Assembly: GCA_903958625.1 (NCBI GenBank)
Contig: CAJBTU010000084.1
Coordinates: 7,472 to 71,471, forward strand
Source of the DNA: an uncultured Ignavibacteriota bacterium
GTDB lineage: Bacteria > Bacteroidota > Ignavibacteria > UBA10030 > UBA8401
DNA length: 64,000 nucleotides
Direction: 5' to 3'
The position numbers and the translations under genes are program-made. The notes under the pieces were generated by a model, which saw only the letters and a list, made by a program, of their open reading frames with translations, had not been told where the DNA came from and ran no database searches. This document shows positions 1 through 10,800 of this stretch, in pieces. Numbering within the stretch: position 1 is the stretch's first letter; every line of letters begins with the position of its first letter.

Positions 1-905
1 GGAAGATCCTGCTGCTTCCGTGCGAGCAATTGTTTGTAATCGATCTGGGACTTTTGAAGCGAGGCGGAAGCAATATTTTCGATGAATTCCGAAGCGTTGT
101 TCCCGCTTTTCACCATTTTATCGGCCGTGACACAGGCGGCAAAATTTTCGAATCCCAATAGCCGGGCAAGTTCATGACGCTTTGCGATCAGCCGGTCCAG
201 CACCTCCATATTTTTCGGATAGGCGCGGTTATTAAATTCCATGTACATCCGTTTCCGCAGAGTGTCGCTTTTTGCGTAGGTCAGCACAGGAACGGCATCG
301 GGATAATCGGTCGTAAGAATGATCTCACCTTTTTCGTTCGGTTTGTGCCTGTCAATATAGTCCTGCGGAAGGCCTTCAAGTTCATTCACATCCATTATCG
401 TGACGCTCCGTTTGTCTTCACGGATGTTCCGCGAAAATTCCTGACTGATTAGCACCAGTTCTTCACGGATCTTTTTGATCGCATTGCGGGTAGCTTCGTC
501 CTTATCAACGCCGGCCAAACGGAAATCGCGGAGAGTTTTTTGGACGAAAAATATTGTTGCAGCGTCGGCGCCGGAAATGTCGACCGCCGTCAGTGCATCG
601 TAGATACCGCGGTTGAGCGAAAGTTCGGAACCGAACGCCGAAACCTTTTGGCTGAATTGCTCCGACGTTGTCCGCATCTGTTCTTCGGGATGGACGTTTT
701 CCATCAAATTTGCCTGCGAGCCGGCGGCATCCAATTCCGTCAGGATCTGATCGTAGAACGTCAGCGTATTTGCAACCGTACGATCGCCGCTGACGGCCAG
801 GAGTTGTTCCATTGCCGTTCGCGCATTGATAAGATGTGAGTCGAATTTTCCGGAGAGATCTCCGGAGGAAGCGATGCCGGTGAAAAAAGATTTGCTGGTA
901 TTCAT
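1..905 (-). CDS. M3-family (thimet oligopeptidase / Dcp-like) metallopeptidase, N-terminal part; the gene runs off the window edge
   Basis: Absent from the ORF track because it is open to the edge. My translation of the minus strand from the ATG (complement of 903-905) is stop-free to position 1: MNTSKSFFTG...TLRDFRLAGVDKDEATRNAIKKIREELVLISQEFSRNI...RKRMYMEFNNRAYPKNMEVLDRLIAKRHELARLLGFENFA. This resembles the helical N-terminal region of M3 peptidases. The HEXXH site would lie outside the window. Confidence 0.7.
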   Translation of the reverse strand, partial: MNTSKSFFTGIASSGDLSGKFDSHLINARTAMEQLLAVSGDRTVANTLTFYDQILTELDAAGSQANLMENVHPEEQMRTTSEQFSQKVSAFGSELSLNRGIYDALTAVDISGADAATIFFVQKTLRDFRLAGVDKDEATRNAIKKIREELVLISQEFSRNIREDKRSVTIMDVNELEGLPQDYIDRHKPNEKGEIILTTDYPDAVPVLTYAKSDTLRKRMYMEFNNRAYPKNMEVLDRLIAKRHELARLLGFENFAACVTADKMVKSGNNASEFIENIASASLQKSQIDYKQLLARKQQDL

Positions 906-935
906 AGATAATGATCGTTTTCTTAGTGAGACAAA

Positions 936-977
936 TGAAAAACCCCTCTTATCTTTATACGGCCAAAGTAAGCGGGG
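936..977 (-). terminator. Rho-independent terminator downstream of the 1026..1400 minus-strand gene
   Basis: On the minus strand CCCCGCTTA (977-969) pairs with TAAGAGGGG (951-943), with one mismatch and a 17-nt loop, followed by TTTTTC. It lies just after the stop at 1026. Confidence 0.6.
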
Positions 978-1025
978 GGAGAATAAATATGCGAAATAAT
1001 TTCAACGGGAAAAAGAGGAGAAATA

Positions 1026-1400
1026 TTACGATTGCAGCCAAAGGATGGCATCATCATAATGCCGGAAGATGTGGATCTCTTCCGGAACTTCGTCGCCCCG
1101 GAGTGTTTCATACAAGCGAGACATCCCGAACGTGAAATCGGATGCGGCGATGATTGCCAGCCGTGTATGCCGGCCGCGCACATCAACGGGGATATACGTT
1201 GAAATAAGATGGTGAAGAGATTCCGAGGAAACATTCAATTGATCGACCAGACGCAGGTCAACAAGATCGTTTGCCGTTGGATTATAATCCGGCTTTGCAT
1301 GCAGTTCCCGATACGCGTTGATCAGTTCATGATCGGTAATAATGCCGCTGTAGGTGGCCGTACGGATATTTGTCTCGATATCGAATGAAAATATGATCAT
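1026..1400 (-). CDS. small hypothetical protein, possibly STAS/SpoIIAA-like fold
   Basis: 124-aa ORF followed by its own terminator. The alternating beta/alpha pattern and the C-terminal ...FRHYDDAILWLQS are reminiscent of STAS-like domains. The fold assignment is by eye only. Confidence 0.45.
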   Translation of the reverse strand: MIIFSFDIETNIRTATYSGIITDHELINAYRELHAKPDYNPTANDLVDLRLVDQLNVSSESLHHLISTYIPVDVRGRHTRLAIIAASDFTFGMSRLYETLRGDEVPEEIHIFRHYDDAILWLQS

Positions 1401-1566
1401 AAAATCATTGGTGTATGCTTATCCTTCTATGGTAACAATCTAAGAGGATTGTCTTTAATTCGCAAAATATTTTTTCTCCGGCCGGAAAACTGCCGTTGCT
1501 AGTATTTGATCATTTCCCTAATTTGCATCAGGAAAACAGGAATTTCGAATCCACGCGGACTATAGT

Positions 1567-2475
1567 ATGAAAAATATTTTGAACAGTATCGGTTATTTGT
1601 GCCTCATCATGATTTTTTTCGGCTGCGATAAGGAAAGCACCGGCGACGAATTTGGCATCGGTACGGGGAGCATCTTATCTGCCAGTTCAACCAATCTTGC
1701 GCTGCTGATCGGCGGTCAGGGAAAAACGGTCATTACCGGCGGAACGGAACCATATTCTGTCTTGGAAAACACGAACTCTTCGGTGATCACGGTTCAAATA
1801 TCGTCGCGGGAACTGCAGGTAACCGCGCTTGCCGAGGGCTCATCATCGGTGAAAGTGAAAGACTCTTCCTCTCCGGCAAAAACAATCACAATTTCTGTTA
1901 CCGTAAAAACTTCGTATACGGCAAATGTTCCGGGTTCTCTTTTGTTCACGTCAACCCGCGGCAATTATTCGGCAAACGGGATTGCCGTATATGGTAATAT
2001 ACCGCCGGTATCGGGCGAGGGGGTTATCGCCATTCAGGATTTCGAGACGCTGTTTCTGCTGGCCTATAAAGTGAACTCACCGGCGGACATTGATGTGACG
2101 ATTATCAGTTTCGAAAGCAACACCGCCGATTATTCGGGAACATTTTTGTATCCCGGCACCCTTAAGCGGGTATTTATTTCATACTTTCCGCACGGTAATC
2201 CCAACGATTCAACGTTCCTCGAGGTCGGCTATTTGCTCGCTTCAACCGCCACGGCCGCGATAGATTCAATCTCGGCGTCAACCATGCGGGGAACATTCTC
2301 CGGCCACGGTTATTTTCTGACGTATGGGACCCTTGTGACAAGTCAAACAATTGATGTTACGAATGGTGCATTCAATGCCCCCATTGTTCACACAGGGTCC
2401 ATGGAAGAAACAACGCTCGAGAGGAATGTGATACGGATGGTAAGGAAGGTGGTACGGAGGAACAGAGTGTTTTAA
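1567..2475 (+). CDS. lipoprotein with a Big_2-like Ig domain, function unknown
   Basis: Signal peptide with lipobox (LIMIFFGC at residues 13-20). A segment GGTEPYSVLENTNSSVITVQISSRELQVTALAEGSSSVKVKDSS resembles bacterial Ig-like group 2 domains. Followed by a terminator. Confidence 0.6.
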   Translation: MKNILNSIGYLCLIMIFFGCDKESTGDEFGIGTGSILSASSTNLALLIGGQGKTVITGGTEPYSVLENTNSSVITVQISSRELQVTALAEGSSSVKVKDSSSPAKTITISVTVKTSYTANVPGSLLFTSTRGNYSANGIAVYGNIPPVSGEGVIAIQDFETLFLLAYKVNSPADIDVTIISFESNTADYSGTFLYPGTLKRVFISYFPHGNPNDSTFLEVGYLLASTATAAIDSISASTMRGTFSGHGYFLTYGTLVTSQTIDVTNGAFNAPIVHTGSMEETTLERNVIRMVRKVVRRNRVF

Positions 2476-2478
2476 AAC

Positions 2479-2515
2479 AGAAGAACCGTTCAGGTGAACG
2501 GCTCTTCTTATTTTT
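2479..2515. terminator. bidirectional hairpin terminator between convergent genes
   Basis: AGAAGAACCGTTCA (2479-2492) pairs with TGAACGGCTCTTCT (2495-2508) with one mismatch. It is followed by TATTTTT on the plus strand and preceded by AAAA, which gives a U-tract on the minus strand. Confidence 0.7.
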
Positions 2516-3890
2516 ACAGTTTCTCCAGGAGTAACCGCAGTATCTTCAGCTTCCATTCGCTGTACGGCGGGACCTTCAGGAACCAGAACTCCAGCCATGT
2601 CGGTTTCTCCATGATCGATTTATAGTGAGAGAATGTTTTGAATCCTTCTACGCCATGGTAGGCGCCGATGCCGCTGGATCCGACGCCGCCGAGCGGAAGA
2701 TAGTCGTTTGCAAAGTACATAACGGCATCGTTCTGCGATCCGCCGCCGAACGACAACTCGCTGAACAACCTCTCTTTTTCCCCGTTGTTCGAACCGAACA
2801 CATACAAGGACAAAGGTTTCGGATATTCCTTCACCCGTTGGATGGCTGAATTCAGGTCGTCATACCGCACGACTGCCAGCACCGGACCGAAGATTTCTTC
2901 TTTCATCACGTCGTCATCGAACGTAACATTGTGAAGAATGGTGGGAGCGATGAAGCGGTTTTTCTTATCCACAATTCCACCGCAGTACACTTTTTTCGGA
3001 TCGATCAGCTGCTGAATGCGTTCCACATGCCGTTCGTTCACGATCGCCATGAAATTATCCGAAACGGCATCCTTGGGATAATGACGCTCCATCACCGATT
3101 TCATCTCGGCAAGCAGTTTCTGTTCGATGGAGGAATGGACCAGAAGATAATCGATGGCGACGCAGGTTTGTCCTGCATTGAGTAATTTTCCCCACACGAT
3201 CCGTTTTGCGCACGTAGCAATGTCGCAATCCGGCAGCACAAAAGCCGGATTCTTGCCGCCAAGTTCCAGCGTGACCGGCGTAAGATGTTTTGCCGCAGCT
3301 TCGTACACGATCTTGCCGATCTTTGTTCCGCCGGTAAAGAAAATGTAATCGAATTTCTGTTCAAGGATCTCTGATGCCGTATCGGCGCCTCCTTCAACGG
3401 CAACACAGTATTCGGGAGCAAATGTTTCGTTGATGATCTTTGCCATTGCCGCGGATGTTCGCGGAGCAACCTCGCTCGGTTTCACCACGGCCGTATTTCC
3501 TGCAGCCAGAGAATCGATCAATGGTACGAGTGTCAATTGATACGGATAATTCCATGCTCCGGCAATGTAGGTAACTCCGTACGGTTCGGGCAGAACGTAA
3601 CTGCGTGCAGGAAAATTAACAAGGTTTGTCCAGACCCGTTTCTTTTTGCTCCACTTTCCGATATTCCCGGTCATGAACGATAGTTCCCGGTAGACCAGCG
3701 AGAGTTCTGAGGTGAATGTGTCGTACCGCGATTTTTTCAGATCGGCGTAGATCGCATCGAACAGTAATTGTTCATTCGCTTTCAATGCCCGCTCAAATTT
3801 CAATAATTGCTGAATCCGGAACGTGACGGAACGTGTGGCACCGGTCTGAAAAAAGGCGCGTTGTGCAGAGATGATATCTTTAATATTCAT
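2514..3890 (-). CDS. NAD(P)-dependent aldehyde dehydrogenase (ALDH3-like)
   Basis: 458 aa. ELGGKNP motif, catalytic-Cys context NAGQTCVAID, and EEIFGPVL. Confidence 0.9.
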   Translation of the reverse strand: MNIKDIISAQRAFFQTGATRSVTFRIQQLLKFERALKANEQLLFDAIYADLKKSRYDTFTSELSLVYRELSFMTGNIGKWSKKKRVWTNLVNFPARSYVLPEPYGVTYIAGAWNYPYQLTLVPLIDSLAAGNTAVVKPSEVAPRTSAAMAKIINETFAPEYCVAVEGGADTASEILEQKFDYIFFTGGTKIGKIVYEAAAKHLTPVTLELGGKNPAFVLPDCDIATCAKRIVWGKLLNAGQTCVAIDYLLVHSSIEQKLLAEMKSVMERHYPKDAVSDNFMAIVNERHVERIQQLIDPKKVYCGGIVDKKNRFIAPTILHNVTFDDDVMKEEIFGPVLAVVRYDDLNSAIQRVKEYPKPLSLYVFGSNNGEKERLFSELSFGGGSQNDAVMYFANDYLPLGGVGSSGIGAYHGVEGFKTFSHYKSIMEKPTWLEFWFLKVPPYSEWKLKILRLLLEKL

Positions 3891-3928
3891 AATATTTTTT
3901 GTTGGACAGACTTTTCTCTCCGGCGTAT

Positions 3929-4741
3929 TTATTTTCTGCCGGTAAATTCATCCATCGTTTTATATACTTTCAGGAATTTTCCCACGATCAGGTCGAATAC
4001 CCGGGTAGGAAGCACCCCTTTGAAGAGTTGCAGAGTATAGACGATCAGCGGCATGCGCACGTGCAGTTTGTTCTTTTCAATTCCGCGGATGATCTTTCGC
4101 GCCGCCGGGACCGGTTTATTGATCGGAACGAAGATGGAGGATTTCACTCCGTCAAACATCCCGGTGCTGATATAATAAGGGGTGACGCATGTTACCTTCA
4201 CATTGTTTCCAAGTCTTTCCATCTCCAGCCGTATCGAATCGGACCAGCCGATCACCGCCCACTTGCTTGCGGCATAGACAGACATTTTTGGATTGCCGAC
4301 CAATCCCGCTGCGGAGGCAATGTTCACAATGTGTCCCTTATTCTGCTTGATCATTTCCGGAAGGAACTCCAGCGTGATATGCATCAGCGCTTCGGCGTTG
4401 ATCGACATCGTTCTGTCGATATCGGCATGCGTGTGTTCGTGAAAATATTTGCCGATAACGATCCCAGCATTGTTGATCAGAATATTGACGGGACCGACAT
4501 CCTTCGTCACCTGCTGGACCGTTGTCCGCACCTGTTCGGTATTCGAAACGTCAACAACGTACCCTTTCACATTCTTCAGCAAGGCGGAAAATTCTTTCAC
4601 CGTTTCATTCAGCAATTGCTGATTCATATCCCAGATGACCAGCGCTGAGCAACCCTTGCTGATCACCATCGATCCCATTAGTTTGCCGATGCCGGAAGCA
4701 CCTCCGGTAATGAGAACTGTAGAATTTTTTATTTCACTCAT
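3929..4741 (-). CDS. short-chain dehydrogenase/reductase (SDR) family oxidoreductase
   Basis: TGGASGIGK (TGxxxGxG), NNAG, and YAASK (YxxxK) motifs. Confidence 0.9.
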   Translation of the reverse strand: MSEIKNSTVLITGGASGIGKLMGSMVISKGCSALVIWDMNQQLLNETVKEFSALLKNVKGYVVDVSNTEQVRTTVQQVTKDVGPVNILINNAGIVIGKYFHEHTHADIDRTMSINAEALMHITLEFLPEMIKQNKGHIVNIASAAGLVGNPKMSVYAASKWAVIGWSDSIRLEMERLGNNVKVTCVTPYYISTGMFDGVKSSIFVPINKPVPAARKIIRGIEKNKLHVRMPLIVYTLQLFKGVLPTRVFDLIVGKFLKVYKTMDEFTGRK

Positions 4742-4805
4742 GGAATTTCCTTTCGTAAATGACCGCCAAATATAGCAGGAAGAAACGAGGAAAGCAGTAA
4801 ATGCC

Positions 4806-5702
4806 CTAAATTATTTTTACGATCTCTTCCGCCAGCAGCTGCGCAGCCGGAGGATGAAACCGGAACCACAGTTCCGGCTCGATCAATTCCAGTTCGGATA
4901 CTGCCAATTGGTCATTATTATCACGCAAAATATCCACTCTGCCGTATAATGGAATCGGTACGCAGGCGGACACGGTTCTTTCTGCAAAGGCGATTTCTTC
5001 ATTTGTCGGGATGTAGTGATGGACCGTTCCACCGAAATCGTCCTGCACGCGGAAGTCGCCCGGCTTTGCCTTCTTGATAACGGCATGCGTAAATTTTCCG
5101 CCGATAACAACAAGGGTTTTCTCTCCATGTGTCGTGACGGAATGAAGAAACGGCTGCATCATCATCGCTTCCACGGCGACCAATTGCTGGAAAATACTTT
5201 CGTGCTGAGAAAGATTATTGCCGTTCAAACGATATGTATGCCGTGCGCCGGCAGACATCACAGGTTTTATTATGGATTCACGTGATCCTTGAATTGAATA
5301 AAGATGCTGAAGTGATGTTGATGTATTTTTCTCTATATACGTAGTTTCAGGAATATTCACTCCGAGTTTTTCAAGGTCGTGCAAATAATGTTTGTCAAGA
5401 TTCCAAAGAATAATCTTCAGCGGATTGATCATTGTTGTTTGTGCTGATACGGCGTGTAAGAATCGGATGAACTCGTCATATCGTTCCGTGTAATCCCACA
5501 CAGCACGAAAAAGAACTGTGCCGGTTGACGACCAGTCAAATTCTTTATTTGTCCAATCTATCCGATGGACCCGTAATCCTTTTCGCTCCAAGGCTTCGCG
5601 CAGCAACAGATCTTCGTGCAGAATCTGCTGCACATACCAATCGGGATCTGCCGGATCCAGATAGTGTTGTGCCGTAAGCAATGTGATATCATACGTTTTC
5701 AT
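4806..5702 (-). CDS. ATP-grasp-like protein (RimK/glutathione-synthetase-like), substrate unknown
   Basis: 298 aa. Its length and the pattern ...IIKPVMSAGARHTY...MMQPFL...GEKTLVVIGGKFTHAV...DFRVQDDFGG...ELIEPEL resemble the ATP-grasp fold. No precursor-peptide ORF is seen nearby. Confidence 0.5.
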   Translation of the reverse strand: MKTYDITLLTAQHYLDPADPDWYVQQILHEDLLLREALERKGLRVHRIDWTNKEFDWSSTGTVLFRAVWDYTERYDEFIRFLHAVSAQTTMINPLKIILWNLDKHYLHDLEKLGVNIPETTYIEKNTSTSLQHLYSIQGSRESIIKPVMSAGARHTYRLNGNNLSQHESIFQQLVAVEAMMMQPFLHSVTTHGEKTLVVIGGKFTHAVIKKAKPGDFRVQDDFGGTVHHYIPTNEEIAFAERTVSACVPIPLYGRVDILRDNNDQLAVSELELIEPELWFRFHPPAAQLLAEEIVKII

Positions 5703-5811
5703 TTTTCCGCAGAGACAGTGATGAGTTATAGAAAATAGATGAAATCAATTGTCATTTCAACATTTCTTTTATACTTTTGGCGTAAGCATACACAGAATCT
5801 TGAGAAATACA

Positions 5812-6540
5812 ATGCCGGCTATCAGTGCAAATAATCTATCCAAAACGTACAGGGAGATCAATAGATCCCCCGTTGACGCATTGCACAATGTTTCGTTCAC
5901 CGTTAACGAAGGGGAGATCGTCGGTCTTATCGGTCCGAACGGAGCGGGAAAATCGACGCTCATGCGGATTTTGCTGGGATTTCTTTCGTCGGATACAGGT
6001 GATGTGAAACTGTTCGATGAACATCCGGAATCACTCCGCGCCCGATCGCTTATCGGGTACCAGGCGGATACGCAGTTTCGGGCAAAGAATGTTACCGTGC
6101 AATCATTCCTTCAGCTTCACGCAGATCTGATCGGCATAAATAATTCGGAAGAGCACATACAGCATCTTCTGCAGACATTCGATTTGTTCGATGCGTACAA
6201 ACGTACGCTTTCTGCGCTCTCAAAAGGGATGAGACAAAAATTAGAACTGGTCCTTGCATTTCTCGGTTCACCGAAACTGGTGTTTCTTGATGAACCGACG
6301 GCCGCACTCGATCCTCCCTCCGTATTTGTGCTGCGTGATTATCTTGCGGAACAGAAAAGATCCGGAATTACCGTACTGTTCAGTTCGCACCACTTAACGG
6401 AAGTGGAATCTATCTGCGACCGCATTATTTTCATCAATGACGGAACGGTTGTTGATGACTCTCCGATGAAGGATATCGGACCGGGCCACCTGGAGAAGCT
6501 GTTCAGAAAGAATCTGGAAAGGAAGGGAACGGGATCATGA
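5812..6540 (+). CDS. ABC transporter ATP-binding protein
   Basis: Walker A GPNGAGKST, signature-like LSKGMRQK, Walker B LVFLDEPT. The start is moved to the in-frame ATG at 5812 (MPAISANNLSKTY); the track's 5749 start adds an implausible leader. Confidence 0.9.
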   Translation: MPAISANNLSKTYREINRSPVDALHNVSFTVNEGEIVGLIGPNGAGKSTLMRILLGFLSSDTGDVKLFDEHPESLRARSLIGYQADTQFRAKNVTVQSFLQLHADLIGINNSEEHIQHLLQTFDLFDAYKRTLSALSKGMRQKLELVLAFLGSPKLVFLDEPTAALDPPSVFVLRDYLAEQKRSGITVLFSSHHLTEVESICDRIIFINDGTVVDDSPMKDIGPGHLEKLFRKNLERKGTGS

Positions 6541-7292
6541 ACAATTATTCCATTCTCTTCAAAGCGGAATTCAAACGCTTCTGGACTCCGGCAATGATCG
6601 TTACGGCATTTGGCATTATTGCCTTTGGGAATGTCATTGCCTTTGGTATGGGGACGATGAAACAATTACCGAAAACATCGAACCTTGTGGAAATATGTTA
6701 TTCTATTGTATCGTTCTTTTCGGTCATTCTTTTCTCTGCCGGAATAGTCGGATCTGACATAAAGAGCGGCTGGTTGAGAACACTTCTCATCCGTCCGGTA
6801 ACTCGACAGCAATATGTATTGACAAAAATATCCGTTGTTATCACGGTGGCATTGGCAACATTGGCGATTACAATTCTTCTTCCCATCGTCTATTTTACGC
6901 TCTTGGCAGAGTCGAAAATTATTTTTGACGCTTCGTCAACCGTAACGTTCCTCATGTTCAAAAGCTGTGAAGTGGTCTTGTATATCGTTATTTCAACAGG
7001 TATTTCCTGCTGGATCAGCGGAGCGTTTAATTCATTGGCGCTCTATATTTGGTTTGGATCTTCGCAGTTGATGGAAATGCTTATTTCAAAGAAATATTGG
7101 GATATACCCTGGCTTATGACGTTGAAAGATTTTATGTCTCCATCAGGTTTTCAAGATGCCCTGAACTATTCAAAACTGGGACTGGGATTTCCCGTCGAGT
7201 ATATTCTGTGGGGAATCGCCTCCGTGGCTTTTTTTGCCGCGCTGATGCTTATTTCAATAAATAGAATACAGATAGATACAGGATCGGAATAA
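6537..7292 (+). CDS. ABC-2 type transporter permease
   Basis: ATGA start/stop overlap with the ATPase gene. About 6 hydrophobic helices. Confidence 0.65.
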   Translation: MNNYSILFKAEFKRFWTPAMIVTAFGIIAFGNVIAFGMGTMKQLPKTSNLVEICYSIVSFFSVILFSAGIVGSDIKSGWLRTLLIRPVTRQQYVLTKISVVITVALATLAITILLPIVYFTLLAESKIIFDASSTVTFLMFKSCEVVLYIVISTGISCWISGAFNSLALYIWFGSSQLMEMLISKKYWDIPWLMTLKDFMSPSGFQDALNYSKLGLGFPVEYILWGIASVAFFAALMLISINRIQIDTGSE

Positions 7293-7295
7293 ACC

Positions 7296-7733
7296 ATGAA
7301 CCAGCGCACTGTATCTGGAATTAAATATTTAATGGCAATTGCGCTTTTGTGTGCATCGGCTGGCGCAGCGCTGGAATTCTATCAAAAAACAAATACGGTA
7401 GAATGGGTTCCCTTTGCCGATGCAGCACAATATGCAAAAGAGAAGAATAAATTGATCTATATCGATTTTTATGCCGACTGGTGTCAGCCGTGCAAGCAAA
7501 TGGATAAGAGCACATTTACCAATGATTCGGTCATTACGCTTCTGAAAAACGAATTTATTGCCACTCGCATCAATGTTGACGAACCGTTATTTGGTCAACC
7601 CATGATGAAAAAATATAATATTTCAGCGATGCCGACGGCATTGTTGTTGGGATCCGACCAACAGGAAGTTCGGCGGTACGTCGGATTCATGAACGCAGAA
7701 GAATTTATTGTTTGGCTGAAAAAAAAGAAATAA
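7296..7733 (+). CDS. thioredoxin-fold (DsbD-gamma/thioredoxin_7-like) protein
   Basis: N-terminal signal/anchor, YADWCQPCK CxxC motif, and ...ISAMPTALLL typical of the thioredoxin fold. Confidence 0.75.
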   Translation: MNQRTVSGIKYLMAIALLCASAGAALEFYQKTNTVEWVPFADAAQYAKEKNKLIYIDFYADWCQPCKQMDKSTFTNDSVITLLKNEFIATRINVDEPLFGQPMMKKYNISAMPTALLLGSDQQEVRRYVGFMNAEEFIVWLKKKK

Positions 7734-7834
7734 TTCTTTTCCGATATTTTTCTCTTTATCTTCATTCGCCCGTGCTAACAAGTTCTCAACGACTCGTCGG
7801 CAGGGGTTAGTCTGTTTTAAATGAACCATCCGCA

Positions 7835-10800
7835 ATGGCAGTGATAAAAGACATTAACAATAGAATATTCGAATCCGCTCATTTTCAGAAGCTCAACGCT
7901 CTGAATGTCTCCGCCGGAAACCCTGCGCAGCTCCATGGAATTTCCGGTTCCCTGTGGGCATTCGTTGCTGTTGCATTGTTTCGTCAGGCGAACGGACAGG
8001 TTCTGGTTGTGCTCGATGAACAGGAACGCGCGGAAAAACTTCGCGATGATTGTGCCGCAATCATTGGCGACGCAAATGTGAAACTGTGCGTTGTCGAACC
8101 GCAACACGCTTCACAAGCGATGGATATGTCCGCACCGCTTTCCCAGATTGAAACGCTGAAAGCTCTGCAGACGAACACTCCGGCGATCTATATTACGCAT
8201 GCAACAGCGCTCGGATTCGGTGTTCCCGATCGCCAGGAATTTTCAAGTTCCATCATTGAACTTTCGGCGAAGACCGAACACAATTTCGAACAATTGCTTG
8301 CGGCGCTTTCCGAACATGGATTTGAGCGGAAACAATTCGTCGAATCGTACGGTGATGTTGCGGTACGGGGCGGAATTCTTGACGTATTTCCCTTCGTCGG
8401 AGAACACCCCGTTCGCATTGAATTCTGGGGCGATACGGTCGAATCGATCCGCGAATTTGAAGTGCTGTCGCAGCGGTCGATCAGAGAACTGCAGTCGGTA
8501 AGCATCGTTCCCGATGTGCTGCGAAAGAAAGAGAACGATCAGCACACGGAGATACAGAGCAGAAAAGTTTCCCTTCTTTCCTATTTTTCCGCCGAACTGA
8601 CGGTCTTTTCCGAAGATATCTCCCTGCTCAAAAGGGAATATGATGAACTTGTCTCCGAAGGCGTAGCAACGGATTTTTCGTTCGACGATGTGCTGAAAGA
8701 ATTTGAAAAATATCCGCGATTCATTCATTCGCCGTTTCAGGCATCTCAGGCACAGATCGATTTTCAATCGCAATCACAGCCGAGCGTCAATGGAAGCATT
8801 TCAATACTGCGCGAAAAGATTGCGGAATTTTCCGGCAAAGGATATGATGTCATTATCACCTCGGACAGGAAAGAGGAACTGGAGAGAATTCAGGACCTTA
8901 TAGAAGAAGATTCTGATCTTGCGTTCGGGGATTCGGCCCGGGAAATCACCGAAGAAGAAAATGAGAACGTAACACCTGAACCCGAAATACCGATAGTGGA
9001 TTCCGGATCAATTCTATCGGTTCAATACTCCACCGAATCATTCCATTCCGGATTCGTCTTTGAGTCGGCAAAGATCGTGATCCTAACCGAACACGAGATA
9101 TTTAATCGCATTAAGGCGCGTGCGGAACGGAAACGGAAGCGTTTTAAAGGGATCTCGGCAAAGGAACTTCATGCGCTGCGCCGCGGTGATTATGTCACGC
9201 ATGTGGACCACGGTATCGGTAAATTCCTCGGTCTCGAAAAGATCAAGGTGGGCGGAGCGGAGCAGGAAGTTGCCAAACTGGAATATGCGGAAAAAGGGAC
9301 GCTCTTTGTCAATCTTAATTACATCACGCGCATTCAGAAATATTCTTCGTCCGAAGGGCACGAACCGAAACTGAACAAGCTCGGCAGTCCGGATTGGGAA
9401 CGGCTGAAAGCCCGGACAAAGAAAAAGATCAAAGACATTGCGCGCGATCTGATTAAGCTTTACGCCAAACGGAAAATGGAACCCGGTTTCGCATTTCAGG
9501 CAGACACGCATTGGCAAAAGGAGATGGAAGCTTCCTTCATGTACGAAGATACGCCGGACCAGGCGCGCACAACGGTTGAAATGAAACACGATATGGAATC
9601 GCCGCATCCGATGGACCGGCTGGTCTGCGGCGACGTCGGTTTCGGAAAGACGGAGATTGCCGTACGAGCGGCGTTCAAATCCGTGATGAATGGAAAACAG
9701 GCCGGCGTGCTGGTGCCGACAACTATTCTTGCCCAGCAGCACTATAATACGTTCTCCGATCGTCTCGGGCGGTATCCGGTGCGCATAGCGCTGCTTTCCC
9801 GTTTCAAATCGGCAAAAGAGATCAAGGAGTCGCTGAAAAAAATCTCGGACGGCGACGTCGATATCGTTATCGGCACGCATCGCTTGTTATCGAAGGATGT
9901 GAAATTCAAGGATCTCGGCCTGCTGGTGATCGACGAAGAACAGCGGTTCGGCGTAGCCGCAAAAGAAAAACTCCGCGCTCTGAAAGTATCCGTTGATACG
10001 CTGACGCTCACCGCCACCCCGATTCCGCGGACGCTCCATTTCTCGCTGATGGGTGCCCGCGACCTTTCGGTTATCAACACGCCGCCGCGCAACCGTCTTC
10101 CGATCCATACGGAGATTGCAACGTATGACAAGAAGATCATCCGGGAAGCGGTGATTCACGAGATTCACCGCGGTGGGCAGGTCTTTATCGTTACGGATAA
10201 GGTCAGCAATATCGATATTCTTACGTCAACATTTATCGAAGCCATCCCGGAGGCGCGTTTCCGTTATGCCCACGGACAGATGGAAGGTCATGAACTTGAA
10301 CAGGTGATGATCGATTTTCTTGAACGGAAGTTCGATGTCTTGGTTACAACAAAGATCGTTGAATCTGGCGTGGATATTCCGAGTGTCAACACGATCATCA
10401 TCAATCGCGCCGACAAGTTCGGTCTGGCGGAATTGTATCAGCTGCGCGGACGCGTTGGCCGTGCGAATCTTCAGGCATACGCGTATCTGCTCGTCCCGCC
10501 GATCCATTCGCTGCCGAAACAGACACTGCGGCGGCTGCAGGCGATAGAAGAATTTACCGAACTCGGTTCGGGATTGAACCTTGCGATGCGCGATCTCGAG
10601 ATCCGCGGCGCCGGAAATATGCTCGGCGGGGAGCAGAGCGGATTTATTATGGAAATGGGATTCGAGATGTACACGAAGATACTGGAAGATGCTGTCGCCG
10701 AATTGAAGGAACAGGAATTTGCCGAAGTGTTTGCCGCTACCCTTGAATCGAAAACGCGCATCATTGAAACACAGGTCGATGCGGATCTTGAAGCGTATCT

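Noticed and set aside
174-839. Plus-strand ORFs 174..452 and 540..839 from the track
   Set aside because: They lie antisense to a stop-free minus-strand frame whose translation is clearly M3-peptidase-like. Their own translations are Arg/Cys/His-rich with no recognisable motif.
3899-4648. 249-aa plus-strand ORF
   Set aside because: It is antisense to the SDR gene, which has the TGxxxGxG and YxxxK motifs. Its translation is H/R/D-rich with no motif.
5749-5811. N-terminal extensions suggested by the ORF track (5749, 12563, 21773, 24891, 27695, 30580 and 59315 starts)
   Set aside because: In each case an internal ATG gives the canonical N-terminus or signal peptide and avoids overlap with the upstream gene. 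The extensions have no coding-like features.
4806-7733. ATP-grasp protein, divergent ABC exporter and thioredoxin-like protein considered as a graspetide/RiPP cluster
   Set aside because: There is no small precursor-peptide ORF in the 5703-5811 spacer or nearby. The ATP-grasp gene is co-oriented with ALDH and SDR genes rather than with the transporter. The evidence is insufficient.
8243-10140. Long minus-strand ORFs inside mfd (8243..8773, 9083..9880, 9742..10140)
   Set aside because: These are shadow ORFs opposite a strongly supported 1131-aa Mfd frame. Their composition is biased (R/F/H-rich) and they contain no motifs.
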